A DNA stretch of 44,370 nt from Rhizaria sp. SCN 62-66 (lineage: Eukaryota): positions 1 through 44,370 of the forward strand of contig MEDY01000254.1 in assembly GCA_001724265.1 (NCBI GenBank). The letters run 5' to 3'. The notes under the pieces were generated by a model that did not search any database, had not been told where the DNA came from, and saw only the letters and a list, made by a program, of their open reading frames with translations. A program made the position numbers and the translations under genes. How positions within the stretch are numbered: the first letter of the stretch is position 1; every line of letters begins with the position of its first letter. Positions 23,701 through 35,209 of the stretch are shown here, in pieces.

Positions 23701-26700
23701 CCGCTCTACCGCCGCCGCCAAGCCCGTCGCCGCTGCTCCCGCCGCTGTTGTGGCCAAGACGGCCGCTGCGGCCGAGGACGAGGAAAAGACCAGCGGCGAC
23801 GTGGACCTGGCGGCCCCCACCGCGCTCGCCGTTGCCGCAACGGTTGGCGCAAGCTTCTCTGGCACACCCGCGCGCTTGCCAGCTGCCGCTGGCGTCGGCG
23901 CTCGCTCGAGCAATCAGCGCGCGCGCTCCGCTGCCGCTGCTGCTGCTGCTGTTGCAGTTGAGGAGCAGAAGGATGCTGACTACGACGACTACAACGACGA
24001 CTATGACGACTTTGTGGTGCATGACTGCCGTAGCGACGCTGCTGCCGCCGCGCTTGCGGACACCGTCCCCTCGTTGCAGTCTAAGCCGCAGTCTCAGCCC
24101 AAGCCGCAGCCGCAGTTGCAGTCGCAGGCTGGCGACGGCGACGGCGACGTCAACGCTGCGGCCGACTCCGCGACCGGCGACATCGACGTGTCGGCTTCGC
24201 ACGCGGGCATCTACGCGCCCTCGACCGCGCTGGCGCTGGGACCCCTGCCCGCGCACGCCGCGCTGCCCCGCGGCACGCCCAGCTCCAGTGCGCCTGCCTT
24301 CGCCCCCGCTTCTACGGCTGGCTTGAAGGCGGCCGCGCAGAGGCCCGCCGAGCTGCCGACTGCGCGCGCCAAACCCGCTCCTGTCGCGCCGATCATTCCT
24401 GCCGCTGCCGCTGCTGTTGCCGCATCAATGGCTGCCGCCGCTGCGCAGGCGACGACTCCGAAGTCTGCGGCGAAGCCCTCAGTCGCCCCTATCGTCACTA
24501 GCCCGACGGCGAATGCGGTTACGACTGCACGCGCCCCCGCGGCTGCCAGTTCGACTGGCGGCGTGACCGAGCTGGACAAGGCCAAGGACACCGGCGACGT
24601 CGACCTGGCCGCGCCCACCGCGCGCGCCGTGTCGGCCACCGCGCTCTCGGGCAAGCCGCCGGCCGTAGATCTCTCGCAGTTGCTTACGGCCAAGCTTGCA
24701 GATACTAATGCTGCTGCTGTGAAGCATGTCGCTGCCGCCATTAAGCCTGCTGCAGTGCCCGCACCTGCTGCCGCCGCCGCTGCGAAGCCTGCGGCAAAGC
24801 CCGCGCCCGCGCCGGCTCCCGCCGCGTTCGCGTCCTTCAGCGACGACAACGCCGACGACGACGACAACGACGAGAACGACGGGCGGTCCGCGCTGGACGT
24901 GACGGCGCTGAGCGACGCCGAGATCTACGGCAACGACGGCGACGAGGCGCAGCCCGCGCGCTCCGCCGCGGCCGCGCTGGACGACAGCACCGCGACGGGG
25001 GACGTCGACTTAGCGGCGGCGAACGCACTGGCGGTGTCGCCCACGCCGCTGCCCGCCAAGATCGCCAACAAGCCCGCTCTTACCGCCGCTGTCCCGGCCG
25101 CTGCTCCCGCCAAGACGGCTAAGACTGCGGTGGCGGCGACGGCTCCTGCGGCAGTCACGCGCGCCGCCGCCACTGTAATCGCGCCCACTGCTGCTAAGCC
25201 TGCAGTTGCGGCCGCGCCAGTTGCCGCTAAGGCTGCGACACGCCCCGTCACCACTGCTGCTGCTGCGCCCGGTGCCGCCACGCGTGCGCCCGCGTCTGTG
25301 CCTATGCTCTCGGTCGACGCCTCTGGCGCGACCGGCGACGTCGACACCGCAGCCGCCGCGGGCCGCGCGCCGTCCGGCACCGCGCTGCCCGCCGCGAAGC
25401 TGCCGCTGCTGCCCGCAGCCTCTGCTAGCGCCGCCAGCAAGCCCGCTGCCGCGCCCGCTGCTGCTGTGTTGGCGTCAGCGCTCGCTGCGCCCGTTCATTC
25501 GTCTGGCAGCCGCGGCGTCGACGTATCGGCAGCCGCGCGTCCTACCAAGCCCGCGGTTACTGCTCCTGTCGCTGCCGCTGCGTCGTATGCGCAGCCGCAG
25601 CTCGCTATCGAGGACGAGGCGGGCACCGGCGACCTGGATCTTGCGGCCCCGCACGGCGCCGCGCCCTCGGGCACTGCGCTCGCCGCCGCAATGTTCCCCG
25701 CGGCGACGATGCGGCTCCCCGCGGCGCCGGTCTCCAAGGCGCCGGTCAGCGCCGCGCCTGCGCGCGCACAGACCCAGTCGAAGCCCGATGCTGCGGTCGC
25801 TGCTCCTATTGTTGCGCGCGCTGCCGCAGCGCCCGTTGTGCCCCGTCTGGCCATCAACCCAGCCGCCGCCGATGCCCCTGCCTCTGCGGCGACGCGTCGC
25901 GTCTCTCCCAAGAACCGCAGCAGCAGCGGTGCCAATGCGGCAGCCCCGCTGGCGACCTCGCGCGGGCTGGAGACGGCGCGGGAGTCTGCCCGGGGCGAGT
26001 CCGCGCGCGGCGACACGCTGCGTACGGTGCTCGCGGCGAGCCAGTGGGCGGCCGAGGCCCAGGAGCAGCTCCGCGCCGCGGCCCCCGCGGCCGCCGCGGA
26101 ACTCGAGTCATCGCTGCGCAGCGCGCGCGTCGAGGCGCCCGTGTCGGAGCCCATGGCGCGCGCGCTCGCGGACGCGCAGATGGACCGGCTGTGGGCCACG
26201 GGCGCCGCGCTGGCCGGCGCGAGCGCAGCCGAGGCCGACGCGGCCGTGAGCACCGACGCTGAGGCGCAGCTGCAGGCGGCCATCGGCGGCATCGAACACA
26301 TCCTCGCCGGGCTCCGCGCGCAGGTCCGCGGCAAGGGGCTTGCGCAGACGCTCCCGCCGCCCTCCGCCGCCGGCTCGAGCTCCGCAGTTACCGGCGCTCA
26401 GCAGCAGCAGCAGCTGTGGGCGCCGCAGGGCACGGGCGACGTGTCGGCAGCGTTGGTGCCAGCGCTACTGCACCGCGTCAACGACCTGGGCGACGACACC
26501 GCACAGGCCGTGGCCGCGGCCGAGGCCGTCGCGCGCCGCTTCGGCGTTGCCGCGCCGTAGGCCAACTGGGACCACTTGACCGCGCCCGAGGACGCGGCGG
26601 CGTCGGCGGCCATGTATGCCGCGCGCGACAGCGTGCCGGAGTATCAGCGCGCTTTTGAGCGCACGCGCGCGGCGCTGCGGGCGCAGGAGCAGGGCATTCT

Positions 26701-26845
26701 GGAGCGAAAGGTGCTGGCGGAGCAGGTCAAGGGGCCGATGCCGTACTGGTGGGAGCTCAAGACGCCGGCCTTCGGCGACGAGGCCGCGCGCGAGAAGGCT
26801 TTCGGCGGCAAGAGCACGCAGACGCAGGGCGGCGCGCGCGAGTGA
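20726..26845 (+). CDS. Uncharacterised, largely disordered Ala/Pro/Thr-rich protein with ~11 TGD[VIL]D repeats; ~2,040 aa; internal TAG at 26558-26560
   Basis: A 1,944-codon ORF continues in frame past the TAG (FGVAAP*ANWDHLTAPED...) into the track ORF 26576-26845 (GPMPYWWELKTPAFGDEAAREK). It ends in TGA where GC content drops. Confidence 0.75.
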
Positions 26846-27653
26846 AGTGGAGCTAATTCCCCACGCTATGTATTATTTTTACACTAGTTTGTGTTTGTGA
26901 ATCGTAAACGATTGCATCGGCCGTCATTGTGCAGCCGAACGACGTTTGCATTGCAGTTTTTGTCTTAAAAGTCTACAGAATGTGGTTCCTGGAGCTACAA
27001 ACAATACACACTCAGATTTATTATCTGCAACACAATATATGTTCTCATTTTATTGACTAAAATGATGTTATTATTGCTACAGATGTTGATATTGCTGCAT
27101 ATTCAAGTCATTTAACGGAGGCGTGACAGCCGTTTTTCGCAAGGCTCATGGGCGCGAGCCAACCCAGACGAGGCAGGTGCTGACTCATACCCTGGCGCAT
27201 TCTGAAAATGGTTGCAGCTGCCTGGAAAGTCCGTTAATTAGAGTTTTGACCGCAGATTACCAATTTAAGCTGTGGGATGTACTTGATATTTTAAGCTTCT
27301 CTTCCGAACAGTCTGATCTAGAGGAGGAAAAGACTCTGATATTACACCCATTAACGACTGTCGATGACGCAATGAAGCCGGAAAAAAACCGCTTTCTGTG
27401 CTCTTTTTCTGCATGCTAGGCGCGCATTTCGCTCCTAAATGTTGCCTGTGTGGTATTTTCTTGTTTGGAATTTGCTGTATTGATATAGAATTTCACCTCA
27501 TCACTTCCCGACATCCCCACAACTCCTTGCGATGCTTCCACCTGCTTCTCCCTTTCTTCAACTTGTCCCTTCGCCACACACGTGCCCTCTGCTTTTTTTC
27601 AACTCTCACTTTATTTATGGCGTTTTTATTGTACTTTCTTAGATTTCGGCGCG

Positions 27654-30600
27654 ATGATCGGCACAGGGTACGCCCCGTTCGATCCGCAGAACCAGCAGAA
27701 GTCTGGCTTCGCCCCGCCGCCCGCAGCCACCAACCCCTTCCAGCCCCGCGGACCTGCTGCCCCCAGCGCGCCCCTCGCCGGCTTCCCCGCGCCCGGCGCC
27801 GCATTTCCCATGCCCGGCATGCCCGCGCCCGCCGCTGCCCCCGCTGCTGCTGCCGGTGGCGCTGCCGCGTCCCCCGTGAACCCCTACCTCAACACCGGCG
27901 CGCTCCCCCCGATGCCTGCCTTCGCCGCGCCCGCGCCCGCGCCCTACACCGCAGGCGCGCCCTACGGCGCCCCCGCCGCGCCCTATGGCGCCTCTGCCCC
28001 CTACACGCTTCCCGGCCAGCCCCCCGCCGCCCCTGCGCCGCTGCCGCAGCAGAAGCCGCTGCCGCCGTCGTATCAAATGCCGTCCCAGCAGCCTCCCCAG
28101 CAGTATCCGCAGCAGCAGCATCAGCAACAGGCGGTGTCGCCGACCGCGGGCGTTGTGCACGCGCTGTCTGCCGCGGCGGCCACCGGCGGCGGCGTCTACG
28201 CGACGTCCTACGCCGCGCCCGACCTCCACGCGCGCTCCAACAGCGGCCACAGCACAGGTCACACTGCGTCGGGAGCGGCCTCGCCGCTGGGCGCAGGCTT
28301 CCTGGCGGGTTATACCGGCGGCGCGGGCTCCGGCACGGGCGGCGCGTCGGGGCAGAGCTCCCCGTTTGCGCGCAGCCACGCGGACCCACTGCCAGGGCTG
28401 GGCTCGCCCGCCGAGCTCGCGCAGGCCTACTCGGGCGGCGCGGGCGGCGTCACTGCCGGGCACAGCAACAACGACGCGCGGCAGGCGCGCGCTGAGACGG
28501 CCGAGGCTAAGCGTGTCTTCACCGCGGCCGTCGGCGGCGCGCTAGCCGTGGCCGCCGTGGCCGCTCTCTGGGCGATGGCGTCGCTGGGCTTCAACTCGGT
28601 GTACCTGGTGCTCACGCTCGCCGTCGTCGCGGGCTCTCTCGTGTACGTGCTCGACGTCTTCCGCTGGGCCATGGCCTTCGAAAGCTACCACCCCGCCATG
28701 CGCACCGTTGCCGAGGCCATCAAGGAGGGCTCGGAAGGGTATCTGACCACTCAGTACACGGCCATTGGGCGCGTCGCCGTGGCCGTGGCCTCCGGGCTCG
28801 CGCTGCTGTACCTGTTCCGCACCAACCCTTTCGAGGGCGAAGTCCCGGCCACGCTGCTCGCGCTCTGCATTGGCGTGTCCTTCCTCCTGGGCGCCGCATG
28901 CTCCGCCGCCGCGGGCTACATCGGCGTCTGGATCTCAGTCCGCGTCAACGTGCGCGTCGCCGTCGCGGCGTCGCGCTACTCCTACGGCGACGCGCTTCTA
29001 CTCTGCTTCCGCGGTGGCGCGGTCTCCTCGGCGCTTTCAGCGCAGCTCTGCATCTTGGGCGTGGCCGTTCTGTACCTGCTCGCCAACACGGCCTTCGCAC
29101 AGTGGTTCGGCATCCCGCCGCAACACGTGCCCACGCTGCTCGCCGGCTACGGCTTCGGCGCCGCCTTCGTCGCGCTCTTTATGCAGCTGGGCGGCGGCAT
29201 CTACACCAAGGCCGCCGACGTGGGCGCCGACATGTGCGGCAAGATTGAGGCCAACATCCCCGAGGACGACGCGCGCAACCCGGCGGTGATCGCGGACCTG
29301 GTTGGCGACAACGTCGGCGACTGCGCGGGCTCCATGGCCGACGTCTTCGAGTCCATCTCGGCCGAGATCATTGGCACCATGCTGCTGGGCGCCACGCTTG
29401 TTACGGACGCTTTCAAGCACGCGCCCGCCTCGGCTACGGCCGCGCTGCTGCCCGGTGCTGCCGACACCGCGCTGCACCGGTACATCCTCTTCCCGCTCGC
29501 CGTGCACGCCGTCAACCTGCTCGTCTCGGCCGTCGGCATCGCCTCGGTCAAGGTCAAGGGCTCCGAGGACGCGCTCGTGCCCATGCAGGCCGGCTACGCG
29601 CTGTCCTCGGGCCTTGCCGCGGTGCTCTTCTCCCTCATCTCGTACCTCATGCTCGACGTGCCCGTCGCGCCGGGCGCCTGGTGGCGCTTCGCGCTCTGCG
29701 GCATCATCGGCCTCGCCACGTCGTTCCTGCTCATCGCGGCGACGCAGTACTACACTGACTCGAAGCACGCGCCCGTGCGGCGCATCGCGGCGGCCAGCAC
29801 TTCTGGCCACGGCACCAACGTTATCGCCGGCATCTCTGTCGGGCTCGAGTCGTGCCTGCTGCCTGCGCTCGTCATCACCACCGCGCTTCTCAGCTCCTAC
29901 GGCCTCGGCTACGGCTCCGGCCTGCCCCCCGTGCAGGCGGGCATCTACGGCGCTGCCATCGCCACCATGGGCATGCTCTCGACCGCGGTGTACGTGCTCG
30001 CCATGAACAACTTCGGCCCCATCGCCGATAACGCGGGCGGCATTGTCGAGATGTCGGGCTCTGCCGCGGCCGTCCGCGAGATTACCGACCGCCTCGACTC
30101 GGTCGGCAACGTCACCAAGGCCGCCTCCAAGGGCTACGCTGTTGGCGGCTCCGCGCTCGCGTGCTTCGTGCTCTTCCAGGCGTACTTGGACGAGCTTGCG
30201 ATCATCACTAAAATGCCGATCATCGTCAACCTTGCGCGCGTCGAGTGCATGTGCGCGGGCATTCTGGCCATCGCGATGATTTTCGTCTTCGCCGGCTGGT
30301 CCATGGACGCCGTGTCGACCACCGCGCAGCAGGTCGTTCACGAGGTGCGGCGCCAGTTCGCCACGCGCCCAGGCATCATGGACGGCTCGCAGCGGCCCGA
30401 CTACGCGCGCTGCGTCACCGTCGTCACCGAGGCCTCGCTGCGCCAGATGGGCAAGCCAGCCGCGCTGGCTCTGCTGTCGCCCATCGTCGTCGGCCTCGTG
30501 TTCAAGGCCGTGGGCGCGTACATCGGCGCGCCGCTGTTGGCCGTCGAGGTGCTGGCTACGTTCCTGCTCTTCGGCACGCTCACGGGGCTACTCATGGCCG

Positions 30601-30815
30601 TGTTCATGGACAACGCTGGTGGCGCCTGGGACAACGCCAAGAAGCTCATCGAGAGTGAGGGGCTCAAGGGTACCGACCAGCATAAGGCCGCCGTCACGGG
30701 CGACACGGTCGGCGACCCGTTCAAGGACACCGCGGGCCCCTCGCTGCACGTCATCATCACCACCATGTCCATGACCGTGCTCGTGCTCGGTCCCATGTTC
30801 CTCGGCGCCATCTGA
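27654..30815 (+). CDS. Membrane-bound H+-translocating pyrophosphatase, K+-independent (type II, AVP2/VHP2-like); ~1,050 aa
   Basis: GGGIYTKAADVGADMCGKIE..IPEDDARNPAVIADLVGDNVGDCAGSMADVFES; FGPIADNAGGIVEM; LDSVGNVTKA (Lys at the K+-independence position); NAGGAWDNAKKLIE; HKAAVTGDTVGDPFKDTAGPS. Many transmembrane helices. Ends in TGA. The first in-frame ATG follows a possible acceptor at 27642. Confidence 0.95.
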   Translation: MIGTGYAPFDPQNQQKSGFAPPPAATNPFQPRGPAAPSAPLAGFPAPGAAFPMPGMPAPAAAPAAAAGGAAASPVNPYLNTGALPPMPAFAAPAPAPYTAGAPYGAPAAPYGASAPYTLPGQPPAAPAPLPQQKPLPPSYQMPSQQPPQQYPQQQHQQQAVSPTAGVVHALSAAAATGGGVYATSYAAPDLHARSNSGHSTGHTASGAASPLGAGFLAGYTGGAGSGTGGASGQSSPFARSHADPLPGLGSPAELAQAYSGGAGGVTAGHSNNDARQARAETAEAKRVFTAAVGGALAVAAVAALWAMASLGFNSVYLVLTLAVVAGSLVYVLDVFRWAMAFESYHPAMRTVAEAIKEGSEGYLTTQYTAIGRVAVAVASGLALLYLFRTNPFEGEVPATLLALCIGVSFLLGAACSAAAGYIGVWISVRVNVRVAVAASRYSYGDALLLCFRGGAVSSALSAQLCILGVAVLYLLANTAFAQWFGIPPQHVPTLLAGYGFGAAFVALFMQLGGGIYTKAADVGADMCGKIEANIPEDDARNPAVIADLVGDNVGDCAGSMADVFESISAEIIGTMLLGATLVTDAFKHAPASATAALLPGAADTALHRYILFPLAVHAVNLLVSAVGIASVKVKGSEDALVPMQAGYALSSGLAAVLFSLISYLMLDVPVAPGAWWRFALCGIIGLATSFLLIAATQYYTDSKHAPVRRIAAASTSGHGTNVIAGISVGLESCLLPALVITTALLSSYGLGYGSGLPPVQAGIYGAAIATMGMLSTAVYVLAMNNFGPIADNAGGIVEMSGSAAAVREITDRLDSVGNVTKAASKGYAVGGSALACFVLFQAYLDELAIITKMPIIVNLARVECMCAGILAIAMIFVFAGWSMDAVSTTAQQVVHEVRRQFATRPGIMDGSQRPDYARCVTVVTEASLRQMGKPAALALLSPIVVGLVFKAVGAYIGAPLLAVEVLATFLLFGTLTGLLMAVFMDNAGGAWDNAKKLIESEGLKGTDQHKAAVTGDTVGDPFKDTAGPSLHVIITTMSMTVLVLGPMFLGAI

Positions 30816-31236
30816 GCGTTGCAGTAACTGCGGCAGTGATGACAGAGGTAGTGAGTACTGCGCGATGAATTCGACTTCTACGCGCACTTGTTGTACTTCC
30901 TACGGTTATATTATAACAAAACTCAATGGACTAACGAGAACTGACTCGTGACGTGATGTTAGTTTGTTTTTGCTAGAGAAGCGTTTAGCTGCAGGGCCTG
31001 CGTACTGGAGGGGTGTTTGTGCATCGATATCGACCACTCTTTGATGCTCAATAGTTTCATTTGTTATCGTCTTGTAGCTATGACGCGCATGATATGTCTT
31101 TGAATATCGTTATGATGAAATAAAACACTATTTTTCGCTACCTCAACTCTACTCTTTTTACGACAACTTCATTTGTATTGTTGTGATTGTTTTCAGTGAA
31201 TAAATATTGCTTACCGTTTACAAGCTCTTTGCAAGT

Positions 31237-34200
31237 TTACACGGTGATCGAAGTGACCTTGTCCTGAGCCATATTGTCCAGGTTCGCAAGCACGATCTGG
31301 CCGTCAAGCAGCGCAACCAGGTCGTCCTCGCGCGCCACGCGCTCCAGCTCGCTGGCCGTGGCCATGCGCGGCGCGGGCGGCACCAGCGCGCTGCGGTTGG
31401 CGAGCACCTCGCGCACGACCGCGCGCGCGCCGCCGACGGAGCACGCCAGCGTCGCGCAAGGCAGCAGCGTCGCGCGCACCCACGGGCCCACGGTCGCCGC
31501 GCCGGCGCCGGCGGCCGCGGTCTCCGCGCGGGCGGCGGCGGTGGCCACGGCGCTGTGGGGCACCGCACTCGCGTACAACACGGTCGCGGTCACCAGGTCA
31601 ACCGGCGCAGCGCTCGCACTGCCGTTCGCAGTGGCACCGGGCCACTGAGCGCCGGCGCAGGTGACAGCGTCGGCGGCCACACGCGCGAGCAACCACCAGG
31701 CCAGCGCAAGCACATCCGACGCCGCGCCAGAGCTCGCAACAGCGCCGGCGCGCGCGAGCACGGTGACCTGGATGGAGCAGAGCGCGCGGGGCAGCGCGAG
31801 TGCGCGCGCGGTAACGAGCAGCGGGCCCGCGCACGAGGGCAGCACGGCGGCGAGCGCGGCGGCGCGGCGCGGCGCGGCGGCGGCCACGGCGACTTGCACG
31901 GCGGCGGGGACCTGAAACTCCCACAGCGCCTCGCGTGGCAGCGCGGCCACGGGCACGACCAGCAGCGGCGCGTGCGCCGTCAGCCGCGACGCCACGCGAT
32001 GCGACGACCGCACCACGATCGCAGCGGCACCGTCCGTCTGGCTCTCAGGCGCAGACGCAGAATGGAGAGCGGCATCTGCGAGCGCGAAGTCGGCTGCGAG
32101 CGCGGCGCCAAAGGGGAAGAAGAGCGCGGTCTCGTCCGTGTCTCGCGCAGCGGGCGAGTCCTGCTCCGGGTCATCCTCCTCCTCCGCCGCAGCGGCCGCG
32201 GCGGCAGCACCCTTGCGCACGAGCCGTCCGTTGCGTCCGAACTCGAACAGGTCCTCCTCGACCTCCTCGTCCTCGGCGCCGTCAACGGCGGCGCTGCCGG
32301 ACTTGCGTGCGCGCGGGAAAACGCGGCCCGTGCGCGCGTCGCCCGCCGCGCCGCTTGCGTCGCCCAGCAGCAGCCGCGCGGCCGAGTGCAGCTCCTCCGC
32401 CGCGCACGGCGCGTCCTCCGCGTCTTCCTCCGGCTCACAGTCACCCGCATTCTCATCCTGCTCTTCGTCGTCGTCGGCATCGCGGACCTTGCTGGCGCGG
32501 GCAGCGGCGCGCATCGTCAACGCAAGCGCGCGGGCCGCGGGCGCGGGCTGGAGCAGCGCGGGCTGCGCGAGCGCGGCCTCCGCGACAAAAAGCAGCCCGG
32601 CGACGCAGCCGTTGCGCAGCGGGCCGCGCAGCGCGCCGCGGGCGACGGCGTGCGTGTGCTGCGCGGCGAGCAGCAGCTGCGCCAGCGCCGCGGGCTCCAG
32701 CGCCATCTCGGCCGCGCGCAGCCCGATCTGGCCGGCCAGGAAGCACAGCGCGCCCGCGGCCGTGCCCTGCGCGTAGGGCCCGATGTTGGCCGGCGCCCAG
32801 GCCGAGCGCGACTGCACGTGCAGGTAGGACGCGCCCGCAGCTGCGCGCCCGCGGGCGAGCAGCGCGCTGCCAGCAACACAGCTGCTGCTGCTACTGCTCG
32901 TGTTATCGCAGCTCTGCTGCTGCAGCTGCTGCAGATGCGCAGTATTGTTCTTGTTGGCGTCCACGAAGCCCTCGAGGCTCCACGGACCGTGTGGCAGCCC
33001 GTCCTCGGCGGAGGCGGCGGGCGGAGTGCGGTCGGCGGCGCTGGCTTCGGCGCGCGCGAGCCCAACGCAGGCGCGCGCGGGCGGGCCGCCGCCGAAGAAG
33101 CGTGCGTAATGCCTGTTGGCCGCCGCGAAGCCCGATTCGGCGCCCGCGGCGGGCGCGCGCAGGGCCGCGGCGGGCAGGTACAGCGACGTCGCCACGGTGC
33201 GCACGGCAGCGTCCACAGCCTCGCTTGCACTATCGGTCGCCGAGGCGGCAGAAGTGACTGTGGCGGCCGGGGGCAGTGAGGGCGCGACGAGCGCGTGCGT
33301 GATGTGCGCGACGGCCTCGGCGCTGGCCGCGGCGGCGGCGGAACGCACCGCAGGCAGCTGCCACGCGGAGACGACGCCGGTGCACTCAAGCTGCGCGTCC
33401 GCGCGCACGGCGAAGCGCGGCAGCAATTGCACAGAAGCGGCAGCCTTTTCAGTCGCCGTAGACGCGAGAGCGGGCAGAAGCGCGCGCTCGGCCGCCAGCG
33501 CCGGGGCCAGCTCGCTCTGGACCTCGTCAGCGTCAGGAGCAGTGACTGGCTCTTCCGGTTGCTGCTGAGCTGCAGCAGCGGTGGTGGTGTTCTCGGGCCA
33601 GCCGAGCGCGGCCGCAGCGGTGACGTCCTGCTCCGAGAGCGGCTCGACGCGCCAGCGCACTGGCACCGCGCGCCAGATGTCGTCGCGCGTGGAGCCGACG
33701 ATGTTCCACTCGTCGACGACGAGGCGGCCGCGCGCGAAGAGCCGCGGGCAGAAGAGCGTGAAGGTCTCGTACTCGCCGCCCTCACCGCACACGCTGACGC
33801 CGATCTCGTCGTTGAGCGCCTCCAGCTCGGGCCGCAGGTCGCCCAGCTCGCGCGTCATGTGTTTCTGCGTGAGGCCGTAGGCGGCGACCTTGACGAGCAC
33901 GGCGCGCAGCCCGCTGGCGACAATCCGCGCGAGCAGCGGGCGCTGCGGCTGCTGCCAGAGGAAGGCCAGCGGCACGAGCCCCAGGCGCGCGCACACGAAC
34001 TCGACGCGCGCGCGCTGGTAGGTCGACAGCACGGCGCCGCACGAGACGGCTTGCACGTCGGGCTGTGCAGCGAGCACGGCGCGCAGCAGCAGCTCCAGGT
34101 CCTCGATCTCGTCCTCCAGCGCGGCTGACAGCGACTACGACGCTGTGCTGTCGGCGGCGGCGGAGGCAGAGGCGGCGCTCGCGTGGGTCGTCGAGGCGGC

Positions 34201-34677
34201 GTCGGACTCAACGGTCTGAGACTGTGGCGGCGGGTGTGACCTGTGGCTGCTGCTGTTGTCGCCGTCGAGCGGGGGCAATGCAACGGCGCCCGTGGCGGCA
34301 AGCTCGCGCGTGGCGGGCGCGGGGACGCGGTAGTAGAAGAGCGAGCGGTTGGCCGAGGCGCCGGCGATGACGCGCTTGTAGAGCGGGACGCCGACGCACT
34401 CGGCGAGCGAATCGACGAGCTGGTGCCCCACCGTCTGGAACATGAACGAGTTCAGCCCCATCGACGCCGACGGCGGCGGCTGCAAGTTCGCCAGAGCGAC
34501 AACCTAAACAGATCAGGATCAAAGATTTGAAAGAAGATTATGAGCTCCAGTGCATATATGAAGCTAAAAGAAAGGAAGAGTGGGTGAAGATAGTCGTACC
34601 TCATGGCCATGACGCATGCATTCAAGCAAGTTGAAGCAGCTGTCCTTGCCACCACTGATCAAGCCGACAACTTTCAT
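31237..34677 (-). CDS. DPH6: Diphthine--ammonia ligase with C-terminal YjgF/RidA-like domains; ~1,114 aa; exons 34677-34600 and 34503-31237; internal TAG at 34137-34135
   Basis: MKVVGLISGGKDSCFNL..GHE|VVALANL; SFMFQTVGH; DEIEDLELLL; GAVLSTYQRARVEFVCARLGLVPLAFLWQ; VCGEGGEYETFTL; YjgF-like segments GPPARACV, LHVQSRSAWAPANIGPYAQ and LPREALWE. Ends in TAA. Confidence 0.93.
34504..34599 (-). other. Intron in DPH6 (96 nt, phase 0)
   Basis: GTACGA...GTTTAG. Removal gives the conserved GHEVVALANL. Confidence 0.9.
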
Positions 34678-35209
34678 TTTCTATGGAGCTTGTAGAAAAG
34701 GCAACAAGTAAGATCTAGTGGTAGTGCTGGGTAGTTTGCCGAGTGTGACTTTAGGAGAGAAAGGGAGTGCAAAGTGGCGTACGGCGAGTGCGAATAGACT
34801 AATGTGACGTGTGAGCGTGGCACTATAATTACAACAATGTATAAATATAACATAAAAAGTTGCATAAATCAACTCAAAGGTTGTACTGACGATGAGACAG
34901 AGGCAATGCCGACGCATTCATTCAGGCATTCCCAAGTGACCGTGGGCGGCTGGAGCTCGAGCCGGAGGTGAAGCAAATCTTAGGAGACGTGTCGACGTCG
35001 CCCCATCGACACTAACATCTCCTCATCGTCTATTGTGGTAACCGTAGTAATGACCGTGTAGCTTATTTCTTTTATTTACTGCCTTTTTTTTTACACGCGC
35101 TTCTGCAGCGTTTTAGGTCACTCTAGGACAGCTTGTTTGAACCTCCTCATTTAACAGCTACTCCCCAGTCTCTTGCTCTGCCTTCGCGCGTCTTGCCGCG
35201 ACTCCTGTG

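Noticed and set aside
2047-26560. Tiny in-frame introns ending at the internal TAGs (15-nt GT...TAG possible at 2047-2061 and 26546-26560)
   Set aside because: No intron of consistent length exists at the other four sites. These donors do not match the GTWYG pattern, and real introns here are AT-rich and at least 96 nt. Not formally excluded without cDNA.
27123-27419. 98-aa intergenic ORF
   Set aside because: GTG start, AT-richer codon usage unlike the real genes, and no motif.
30836-30944. Possible box C/D snoRNA (GTGATGA...CTGA) downstream of the PPase
   Set aside because: No terminal stem and no recognisable rRNA antisense element. More likely 3' UTR.
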